This document shows, in pieces, positions 5,889 through 15,500 of a stretch of 39,856 bases of DNA (position 1 is its first letter; each line of letters begins with the position of its first letter). The notes under the pieces were generated by a model. The model made no database searches. It worked only from the letters and a program-made list of their open reading frames with translations, and had not been told where the DNA came from. Origin of the DNA: a virus (lineage: Duplodnaviria > Caudoviricetes); the IMG/VR virus record IMGVR_UViG_3300027804_000106, positions 1 to 39,856 of that record; one strand, 5' to 3'. The position numbers were made by a program, and so were the translations under genes.

Positions 5889-6169
5889 TTACTTACCTCC
5901 AACGTTTTAATATCAGAGATTAAGTTGTCAGCAATTAAGATACCATGCACTGATATAGTGATAGCACTTTCATTATTGTTAATCACTTTTATAGTATCTT
6001 TTAAAGCTTTGTTATATCCGCTGTTATATGCAGTATTACCATCAATAATCATCTGTATTGCATTGCGAATAAGTTCAGAAGCTTTACGATCACGAGCCAG
6101 TGCTTTTAATTTCTTATGTAAATCACTTGGCAGGTAAACTGAATACGGTATTAGCTTATCGGTTTCCAT
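5885..6169 (-). CDS. Ribbon-helix-helix (CopG/Arc-like) DNA-binding protein
   Basis: YSVYLPSDLHKKLKALA...ASELIRNAI. Confidence 0.7.
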   Translation of the reverse strand: METDKLIPYSVYLPSDLHKKLKALARDRKASELIRNAIQMIIDGNTAYNSGYNKALKDTIKVINNNESAITISVHGILIADNLISDIKTLEVSK

Positions 6170-6573
6170 GCAATATATTCCCTATATAAAGCATCAAGTT
6201 TATTTTGAGCTTCAATGTTAGTTTTAAGTTGAGATCTTGATTCTAAATCTAAATAGAATCTTAACCATTGAGTTGCAGATTCATAATCTTTAGTAGAGAT
6301 ATCACTTCTTGAATAAAGGAATTCCCAAAACTTTGGATCACGACATAACATACCAGAGATCCTTATAGCACGATCAGCAGCAAACTCTTCTTGACGATCA
6401 ATCGGAGTTTCATGGTTATCTAACCTTACCATAACAACTTGGTATCTAGCCCCAACAAAATCCCTGAGTAGTGTTTCAGGGATATCGTCAGGATGCATAG
6501 ACAATGTTAGTACGTATCCAGTTTTATCTTGTTTAAGGGCAACCTTAACACCTTCAAACTGAATGGTTTCCAT
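6151..6573 (-). CDS. Hypothetical phage protein
   Basis: Long ORF in the recombination module; start METIQ after GGGAG. Confidence 0.75.
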   Translation of the reverse strand: METIQFEGVKVALKQDKTGYVLTLSMHPDDIPETLLRDFVGARYQVVMVRLDNHETPIDRQEEFAADRAIRISGMLCRDPKFWEFLYSRSDISTKDYESATQWLRFYLDLESRSQLKTNIEAQNKLDALYREYIAWKPIS

Positions 6574-6575
6574 GG

Positions 6576-6845
6576 TTACTCCCAAGGATTCTTACCAGCT
6601 TCTTGCTTCGGAGGTGTAGGTTCTGATACTGCAATACCTAAAAAGCCTTCGCCTGTGTCATTGTTTTGTTTGTTCCATGCAGATAGTCTTAACTGAATAA
6701 GAGGCTTATCTTTATGTTTAGTAAGTAAATCAATTAATAGATTACGATCAACATGAATGTTTCCTGTAAGATCAGGTCTATTTTCTTTACCTTCTTTGTA
6801 TCTGTTCTTTCCTAGCGTTCCGCTATTGGGTCTTTGCTCAGCCAT
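6576..6845 (-). CDS. Putative single-stranded DNA-binding protein
   Basis: NSGTL..N..K....RPDLTG.I...LSAW...FL..AV and short PW tail; downstream of ERF. Confidence 0.55.
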   Translation of the reverse strand: MAEQRPNSGTLGKNRYKEGKENRPDLTGNIHVDRNLLIDLLTKHKDKPLIQLRLSAWNKQNNDTGEGFLGIAVSEPTPPKQEAGKNPWE

Positions 6846-7002
6846 TTAATGTCTCCTCTTTTGGTTGTTGTGGTACTTGTGGTTCTGCTTGTTCTTTAAT
6901 TTTTTGAATTAAAGTCCATGCGCCTGTCTTAGTAGGTAGTTCTGCTAAAACTCCCATTAAGAATCCTGTTTCTTCTTGAGTTAATTCAAGTTTGATATTC
7001 AT
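6838..7002 (-). CDS. Hypothetical protein (54 aa)
   Basis: Manual: MNIKLELTQEETGFLMGVLAELPTKTGAWTLIQKIKEQAEPQ...; ATGA overlap with ERF. Confidence 0.7.
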   Translation of the reverse strand: MNIKLELTQEETGFLMGVLAELPTKTGAWTLIQKIKEQAEPQVPQQPKEETLNG

Positions 7003-7682
7003 ACTGCTTCCTTTTCTAGTTTTGTTTTTACTTCTGTAAACTTATTCATAAGAACTTTAAACTCTTCTGGAGACTCTTCCTTTAATCTATCATAAGAAAC
7101 TTTATTGACTTTGAAAATATTCATTAATGATTGAACGCTTTGACAAAGTACAAATCTCACTTCTGTTCCAGATATAAGATCTTTTCTCCATACAGTAGGA
7201 TCGCTTGGATCATCCTTACAAATAATTTTATCGTTTTGCCATGGTTCATTTTTAACTACAGAGGTTGGACTTGTTACTGTAGGTTCAGCTTTTTTTGGCT
7301 CATCTTTTCCTGTCACAGCATCAAGGGAGTCGTGTTCAACAATCTCCATCGCTGCCACCCAAAGATACCGCCTCAAATAAGTCTGCACAGCCCCAAGATT
7401 TTGAATGGCGTGACATCCTTTTAACTCAGCTGTGGACATAGGGCTCTTAAATTCAACCTTATCTTCTGGCTTGTCAATATCAACAATAGTCAATATGGCA
7501 ATATCAGTGTAGAAAGTAATCGCTCCACATAGTCCATGTTTCAAAAATATATTCTGAATAGTAGGTAAGAAATCACTTAACTCAAAATATTCAAAGTTAG
7601 CAAACTTGTTTTTGCCAGACTTCTTCAGCGAGGTAGATTGAAGTTCTAACCTAGCCTCCTGTAGTTTTCTATATACACTCAT
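6999..7682 (-). CDS. erf: ERF-family single-strand annealing protein
   Basis: KKSGKNKFANFEYFELSDFLP and QNLGAVQTYLRRY (GxxxTYxRRY ERF motif). Confidence 0.85.
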   Translation of the reverse strand: MSVYRKLQEARLELQSTSLKKSGKNKFANFEYFELSDFLPTIQNIFLKHGLCGAITFYTDIAILTIVDIDKPEDKVEFKSPMSTAELKGCHAIQNLGAVQTYLRRYLWVAAMEIVEHDSLDAVTGKDEPKKAEPTVTSPTSVVKNEPWQNDKIICKDDPSDPTVWRKDLISGTEVRFVLCQSVQSLMNIFKVNKVSYDRLKEESPEEFKVLMNKFTEVKTKLEKEAV

Positions 7683-7921
7683 ACATTTTCCTTTTCTAGT
7701 TTATTTAATCGTTCTAATTCAGCTTTCGCATAGAATAAAATCTTCTTTATATCTCTAATCTCTGGACTATGAGCTACTTGTCCATATCTATAACAAGCTC
7801 TAAATATCTCACCAATTTGTGCATTCATATTCTTAGCACTGATTAATTCTTGTAATTCAGTAGCACCGCTGGGTAATTCATAATAGCTTGCTGTAGACCC
7901 ATCTGATTGTTCTTTGGTCAT
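7679..7921 (-). CDS. DUF3310-like protein (T7 gp1.7-related)
   Basis: DGSTASYY...GEIFRACYR.G......RDIKKILFY; start MTKEQ. Confidence 0.5.
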   Translation of the reverse strand: MTKEQSDGSTASYYELPSGATELQELISAKNMNAQIGEIFRACYRYGQVAHSPEIRDIKKILFYAKAELERLNKLEKENV

Positions 7922-8793
7922 GCTTGATCCTTTAAGTAGTCTGCGTATTGCTTGCACCATTTATTTACTAAACAATAATCCTTGCATCTTGTTCTATCAC
8001 CTTTTCTAACTTGCACTTCATAACCTTTACCTAATTCTTGTAGCGCAGCATCAGCTAACTCTGCTGTTTCATGTAGAGACTTGGCTCTTGTATTACCTAC
8101 CTTAATCACTGCCCATACAGGTGGCTTTTCCCACATCTCTTGAGGTGTGCATTCAGGCATCTCTGCGCCTGTTTCTAATGCAAACTCAGCAGCGCTATGT
8201 TTAGCAATACGGCCTTTGATAAAAGCTTCTTGTTCTTCAAATGTCCATAGTGGAATATCTACAATAGCTACATTCTTTTGTGGGTACTCAGGCTTACGTT
8301 CAGCCTCACGTTTACTCCAATCTTTTAAAATGCCAACAATCTGTAATGATTTAATAGGTACTTGTTTATTCTTGTAAACTAACCATGCATAGATATTAAG
8401 TTGTTGTTCCCATTCAGGCTTATCATTCATCACCGCCCAAACAGATGTAGTCTTGTAATCTTTAATATGAATGCCATCAGGATCTACCACTTGAAGATCA
8501 ATTGCACCTGATACGTGCCAACCATCTACTTCAGCATAAAATCTTTGTTCAACCAAGTTATGTTCATCAGCACCTTTTTCAAGCACGTTATGAACTGCTG
8601 AACCAAAGATAGACCAAATCATATCTGATACATCTTGAGTCAACTCATCATCATACTTCTTTAATAGCGTAACAATCTTAGGACTATTAAGTAAGCTAGT
8701 AGCAGATATATGAGCCTTACCTTTTGAGTAGCTAGGATTCTTAGCTATGTTCTCAAATGGTTTAGGTAAGTTAAACTGATTGGTTATTTTCAT
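7918..8793 (-). CDS. PD-(D/E)XK exonuclease, Cas4/RecB-like
   Basis: SATSL, GSAVH, SGAIDL, DYKT, QLNIY motifs; four C-terminal Cys. Confidence 0.85.
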   Translation of the reverse strand: MKITNQFNLPKPFENIAKNPSYSKGKAHISATSLLNSPKIVTLLKKYDDELTQDVSDMIWSIFGSAVHNVLEKGADEHNLVEQRFYAEVDGWHVSGAIDLQVVDPDGIHIKDYKTTSVWAVMNDKPEWEQQLNIYAWLVYKNKQVPIKSLQIVGILKDWSKREAERKPEYPQKNVAIVDIPLWTFEEQEAFIKGRIAKHSAAEFALETGAEMPECTPQEMWEKPPVWAVIKVGNTRAKSLHETAELADAALQELGKGYEVQVRKGDRTRCKDYCLVNKWCKQYADYLKDQA

Positions 8794-9074
8794 GCTTCGC
8801 AGTTTCCACTAGGACACATATTTACTTTTAACATAGCTTCTTCTAATTCATCAAAAGCTTTGTTAGTAGCAATCGTATCGACAGCTTTACATACATCATT
8901 TAATATATCGTAATCCACTTCTAAACATCTGACTTTAGTTTCTAAGCCACGATCTCTAGCATGGTCAGCTGTGATAGATGTAATAAATTCTGTTGGTTCA
9001 AAGCCATCCTTAATAAGATCATTGTATTTTTGATCTGTCATTAGGTGCTCTGTGATTGATATAAACCTTTTCAT
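8790..9074 (-). CDS. Hypothetical protein, first gene of the early/recombination operon
   Basis: Start MKRFISIT after AAGGGA; ATGA overlap with the exonuclease. Confidence 0.65.
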   Translation of the reverse strand: MKRFISITEHLMTDQKYNDLIKDGFEPTEFITSITADHARDRGLETKVRCLEVDYDILNDVCKAVDTIATNKAFDELEEAMLKVNMCPSGNCEA

Positions 9075-9104
9075 GATATTTCCCTTAAAGTAAAATGAGA
9101 TGTA

Positions 9105-9133
9105 ATGTTGGCACATAATAAAATACATGTCAA
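9105..9133 (-). promoter_or_regulatory. Putative leftward promoter
   Basis: TTGACA-N17-CAACAT with TG at the extended -10 position. Confidence 0.5.
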
Positions 9134-9137
9134 TAGG

Positions 9138-9167
9138 TTGTACCCATATTAATTCATCTGCTATAAT
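9138..9167 (+). promoter_or_regulatory. Rightward extended -10 promoter of rusA
   Basis: TTGTAC-N18-TATAAT with TGn (TGCTATAAT). Confidence 0.7.
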
Positions 9168-9174
9168 ACACGAT

Positions 9175-9543
9175 ATGAAAACAATAAAACTAAAATTACC
9201 CTACCCTCCTACCGTAAATCATTACTGGGGCCAGCTCGGATCTAAGAAGTTTTTAGGAAAGAAGGGAAAAGAGTTCCGAGAAGCTGTGTTTTTATGCTCT
9301 TTAAACGCACGCCAAGGGGCCTTAAACGAACGATTGCACATGGAGGTATACCTGTACCCTCCCGACAAGAGAAAACGTGATGTAGATAACGTTTTAAAGC
9401 CTTTGTTGGATGCCTTAGAACATGCCAATGTATATGAGAATGACTCTCAAATAGATAAGCTATGTGTAACTCGAATGGAAGTAGCTAAGGAAGGGTATTG
9501 CGAAGTTGTTATTCAGGAGTTAATTTACTCACCTGATCATTAA
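9175..9543 (+). CDS. rusA: RusA-family Holliday junction resolvase
   Basis: LPYPPTVNHYW, PPDKRKRDVDNVLKPLLDAL, ENDSQID motifs. Confidence 0.92.
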   Translation: MKTIKLKLPYPPTVNHYWGQLGSKKFLGKKGKEFREAVFLCSLNARQGALNERLHMEVYLYPPDKRKRDVDNVLKPLLDALEHANVYENDSQIDKLCVTRMEVAKEGYCEVVIQELIYSPDH

Positions 9544-12500
9544 ATCTTTGCATGAGCAGAGTCTTCTGTGCGTCAACAGCTTGGACACGCTCTTTAGGGA
9601 AGCCACGTTCAATAAACATACGTTTTCTTTTATTCAATTCATTAATCTTATTCTCAATCGTATTAGCTCTCTTCCATAATCTAGCCTCTGGATTGTCATT
9701 TAAGTAACCTTCTACGTCTTCTCTGTTCTTCATACGACCTTTAATCTCATTTTCATGATCAGTCATACGGGTTACATTGTTATAGAATGTTTGAGATACG
9801 GCAGCAGGTGATCCTGTAGAGCCTAAAAAGCGACCTACCACTGGTCTTTGATAAGATGGAATCTCTTCACCTGTAATTGCAGCGCTAACAGCTTTTCCTG
9901 CTTTAGTAACTTCACGATATAAACCACCACCGACTTGGCCAGCAAGGAAGTCTACTTCATCGCCTGTAGGGCTGATTGAACCTTTTTGATATTTAGTGCC
10001 ACCTGATGCCCAGTTTAAGAATTCAGCAATACCCTTACCTAGCGTAGATGCAGTATCTCTTGATCTTGTATAGCCTGGTGTAGGTGCTGTAGCACGATCA
10101 GGCCTATAGATAGGACGACCAAATGAATCTTTGTTTTCAGCTAAGGCAACTATTGGGTCAATTGCAGTAGGCATGAGTGTTTGTATTGCAAAGCCAGAGC
10201 TACCTAATGGGTTAAATGAGTTCATAACGGATGACATAAGTGAAGTCATATGCTTGCCTGGATTGCGACCACCATGAATCATAAAGTCCATAACAATACG
10301 GCCAGAGTTAGGTAATATGTTATAACCCAATGGATAAGGCACTGTTAGATATGTACCATCAACCAATGGAATAATAAAGTTTCTTTCTCGTACAAACTCT
10401 GGAGGATCATCATCACCATATCCAGCAGCGGCCAGCATGACAGCTTGAACCATGCCAGCTAAGATACCACCACCAATAATCATCTTGCCTTTAGGGCCTT
10501 TAAGTGTCTGGTAAATACGCTCAGTACCTTGAACAGATGCATTAAAGAACGCATAGAGAACATTAACTGATTTTGTCCAAGCACCTTTTCTATCAAAGTT
10601 AACTGTAAGATTTTTAGCAATAATCGCTGCTTTTTGTTTAGATAAGCCTTGATCACGAGCAACCTTATATGCAGATAAGCGGAATGCATTTTCCATCATA
10701 TCGTTATAATCTGTAAGACCACCTAATACTGCATAGAAAGCTTTTTTAGTATTGCCATCTTTAAATTGTGAAATCGTATGCTCAACAATCTGCATCTCTT
10801 CTTGATTGCGAATCAACGAATCACGATATCCTGTTTGGAAACCTTCATCACGAGCTTCTTGATATAGTTTAGCCCATGGTCCAGTAGGTAATGGTTTGCC
10901 CTTACGTTCAGCACGATGTACGTTTAGGATACCGCCCATAGCCTTGTATGCACCTGCAATAACCTGAGCTTGCTTGCCTTTAATTTCTGTGTTTGTAAGA
11001 TTAAGTAATGTGCCACCAAAGTCACGGACAAAGTTGACTAGTCCAAAGACTGGATTGTATTGCGTATTAACGCTCTTAAACCAGCGAGTAAATATACCAA
11101 AGATATTTTCAAGGTAGCCTAATTGTTCAACATCTAAGTTCTTTAATGCTTGAACCATACGTAATGCTCTTGGATCATTCTTATTAAAGAATATATATCT
11201 ATCCTTGCCATTAATGCGTACAGGGAATACAAAGTCTTTGTAACGTGCCATGACGTTAACTTTAGATGCTACAACTTCTTTGCTTTCGTTAACAGGCAAT
11301 CCAGAGTCAAAATCAAAATCTTCATCAGGTTCAAAACCTTCTTCAGCAGCTCTTGTCTTTTTAAGATAACGCTCTTTAGGCTCAGCCATTAAGTTATCAA
11401 TCATCTGCTCAGCATCAGGCACGCCCATGCGTCTTAGTTCAGCAATAGCTTGTTTTTTATTTCTGATAGCATCAGGATTAATAGCTAGCCAGAAGTCTGA
11501 ATTAGGATTCTGTATAGCTAGACCGTATAAAGCACGACCTACTCTAATTTTTTCAGCACGGATTAAAGCACGCTCACGTTGAGCAATAATGTTACTTAAT
11601 ATGTCTTGAACATCTTTTTCTGATCCAAGAGCACGTTTACTGAATGCACCACGTACACCAAAGCCCTGACCTGTGCCACCCATGCCCGTAGGTCTAGCCA
11701 TCTCATCTTCAACACGGAAGAGAGGAACGTAGTGTTCATAGGTAGAATTCCATTTAGCAATTGTATCAGCTGACTCAGCACCAGAATTAATTAAGATTTG
11801 TTGTGTGCCCTTGACCATTTGATCAAACTTAGTAGCAATCTGTTCAAGCACTTGTTTTCTGGCTGGATCTAAACCTGCCAAGTAAGCTCTTGCGTCAGGC
11901 GTAGAGATACCAGATCCTTTATCTTTAAGTGGATTAGGTATTGTTCTTCCTGTTCTTTCATCGTAGATGTCAGGATTAATTTTATTCATTTGAATGTTAC
12001 GTTCTTCTGCATGACGATTATGCAAGTAAGTACGAACATCTTCAGGGCTAATTTTTAAACGTTCAATCTCTTTGATGATTGGCAAGAGCTCTTTAAGTAA
12101 GAAATTACGAATGCCCGCAGCAGTTCTACCATGATAGAGCTGTTCTTTCTCGTAAACATTCCAATCTTCTTCTATGTCACCAATCAGTTCTTGAACACGT
12201 TTAGTGTCAATCTGTTTGTTTTGAAGTCTATATAACCATGTATCAAGTTTAGATTCTTCAGGTCCATGCCATTGGGGTAATACTTCTTGGCCTCTTATGT
12301 TTCTAGGGGGGCGTTGAATATTTGCATAAATAAACTCTTGAGGTTTATTAGACCTTCTTTCAATATTAGCTAGATTTTCTTCTGTAGCTTCTAATACTTT
12401 TGAAGCTTGTATTTCATCGAGATTAAGTGCAACTCCAGACATATCATAATAACCATCAAATCCTAATTCTCTTAATATAATTGGCCATGGAGCAGATCTT

Positions 12501-15500
12501 TCCCCTGACTCCGTTCTATATCTTTCTACATTAGAGCGTTGATAATCATGAGCTCTATAAGCTGCCAAATCTAACGAATCACCTTTGTGTAAAGATTTGT
12601 ATTTTGGTAGACCTAAAGCTCTGTTGATTTTAATTGCTTGCCTTTCAGTCATTTTAAAGTTTTTGCCAACAAGCCTTAATGGTTTATTAGATATGGTGAC
12701 AAAGACTTTCCCTGGGTTTCTTACTACACCTTTTTCTCTGTCCCATTCTGCTTTCATAACATCTATTTCAGATCTGGCATGTCTAGTTGCCATATCTTTA
12801 TCACCAAACCATAACAAGTTACCTTCTGTTAATAATCCACCGCCAGATGTAATGTTTCTCTTTGATTTTAATATAGACCCAGATTGTAATATTTCATTTG
12901 CTCTTGTTTCGTGAGCGCCATGGAATAATTCTGTACCAGCAGGAATAATATACATTGCATTGCTTCTTGATGGTAAATCATCCATGCTAAACTCATGTTC
13001 AATAGATCTATCTAAATTTAACGCTTGTTCATTTTCATAAATCATGTCAGTAATAAACTTACCATCACCTTTAGCAACGCTATTTAAAGCACGAATAACA
13101 GCTGCGTCACTTTCAAGATTGAACAGTGATTTAACTTTCTCTGCAAATTCTGATAGCCAATTCTTAATACGCTCAACCATAGATTCACTAATGTCAGCGT
13201 TATATCTATTTTGAACAATACTTGAGCCATTAATTGCCCAAAATTCAGACGGATTAAAGTTTTGATAATGTTCGTAACCAACCGTATTGGCAGCTAATAA
13301 ACTCATGGCTCTTTTCTCAGCTTTTTCATCACCTGTAGCATGGTAGTCTATGACATCTCTGTAATATTGTTTGAGCGTTTCATTCTTGCCACCAAATGCT
13401 CTTTCAGCAGAAACTTTAAGACTTCTAGCCCATGCTTTTCTTATAGCAGCCTGAATATCTTTAGGCATCATTCTTTCTAAATGATGTAAGATCTCATGAA
13501 CTGCTGTTTCATTATTGGGAGTGTATTTAAATATTGTAGCTAGTCTAGCCAATGGTGCATAACCGCCAGCTCTACCATCACGTTTACTTGCAGTAATAGA
13601 GATAGCTAAATCTTTTACAAGCGCTGGATTCTTATCAATTAAGAATAAAGCCATGTCAACAATTTCTGGAGAAAGTTCTTTCCTTCTCTTGGCTGCTAAT
13701 AGCTTTTCTTTAATAATTTCAGCGCCACGTATACGCTCTGATGGCTCGTAGTCTTTTTGAGTAGACTCATAGATCTGATCTATAGCTGGAATAATGTCAG
13801 CTTCTTTTACCATGCCTTTTTTAATAGCACGTCTAAGCTTATTCATTTCAATCTTGAATGATTTTGTTTCTTTAGCTGATTCAAATATAGGCATCTCGCT
13901 AATATATTCTTGAGCTTGAGCGCTAAACTGAGCTAGTAATTCTTGCTCTGTAACTTTAGGCGTTGGTATTTCAACATTCATGTATTCCTTGCCCTGAATT
14001 TCAGCGGCTGCTGCTTGTGCTGCCTCATTAGGCTCCATGTATTGTTTAGCTAGATATTTTTCTTTAATCTTATTCTCATGATCAATCTTAGCTAATTCAT
14101 AATCGTAATCATGTACTTTTTGTTTTGACTCAATAACACTAGATATATAATCATATGCAGGTCTAGGATCAAATGCTTCACCAGCAGGTGTATTGCTTAA
14201 ACGTAATTGGTGTGGAAGATATTCATCAAGACTACCATTTTCAATATGAGTAAGTAAGTCTTCACCGTCCTTTGAAAAAGCACTTTCGTAATTAAAGACC
14301 TTGCCAGTATCTTTAAGCATATCTAATTTGTTAGATTGATTGATACCACCTAAAGCTTTAAGAGCTGAAGCTAATGAAGGAGTTTTAGCAGCGGGGAATT
14401 TATCTTCACGAATCTCACGTCTGATCTGTTTGTCTCTTTCAACTTCTTGAGCCGCTAAGTTTTGTTGTAATGCTATAGCCGACTCACGGCCAAGTTTAGC
14501 TACATCTGCCTTGTTAATAAGTCTTCCACCTACAGGGGTAAATTCTTTATCTTCTTCAGTAATAACACCTGTGGGCTCTTGTTTAATTGATGGATCATAT
14601 GCGGCAGCTTTGTCTTGTTCTTCTTTAACAAAGTTCTTAGCTGCTGCTTCTGTTTGTGTACCAAAATTTTCAACAGGGAATGTTCTTGCACTGTCTGTAA
14701 CATACCGACCAGCGTCTTTGTCATAAAGATTTGCAACATGACCTAGATCATTTTTTAATACATGATACTCAGTATTTTCACCCATAGGTGCGCTATAAAG
14801 AACTTCTGGTTTAGTTTCTTTTGTAACGCTTGGTTGTCCTATAGGTTGTAGATTAGATGATTCAACCCATACACCATTTGGCCTTGCAGGGTCTGTAGAT
14901 GTTACTTTATACATAGTAATGCCAGCTTTAGACATTGAATCTAAAACATCTGATTCAACCTGATTTCCATCATCATTCCAGCTTACTTTAGAGCCAACTG
15001 GCAGCTCACCTTTAGTTGTTGTTTTTTCAGCAACCTTATCTTCTTCTTCTGGGATGTATTCAATATCTTTACCAGACAACTCATCAAGCATAGCTTGAGT
15101 ATCGTGTGATGTGTCTATTTTTGTAGGCGCTGCTGTTACAGCTTCCACTGGGGCTGGAGTTGCTGGAGCCTCAGTTGGAGTGACTGGAGGTGTAACGTCT
15201 GGCTCTACTCGTTCTTGTGTGGTAGGTGTCTGTGTTGCTTTTGTAAAAGCTCGTTTAGCTGCACCTGCTGCTGCTGGAGCGCCACCTAATACTGCTGTAG
15301 TTAATAATGTAGGACCAGCAACTTCTTTGTAAGACTTTTTCCAATCTTCAGCGCTTGACCAACTTCTTTCTGCGTCTTGATGCATACCAGCTTTACGTTC
15401 TACATTAGATTGACCTAATTGAGTAGCTGTTTCACCAGCAAGTTCTAGACCTAATTCACCAGTAAAGGCTGCTACAGGTTTTAATATCTTGCCTTTAAGA

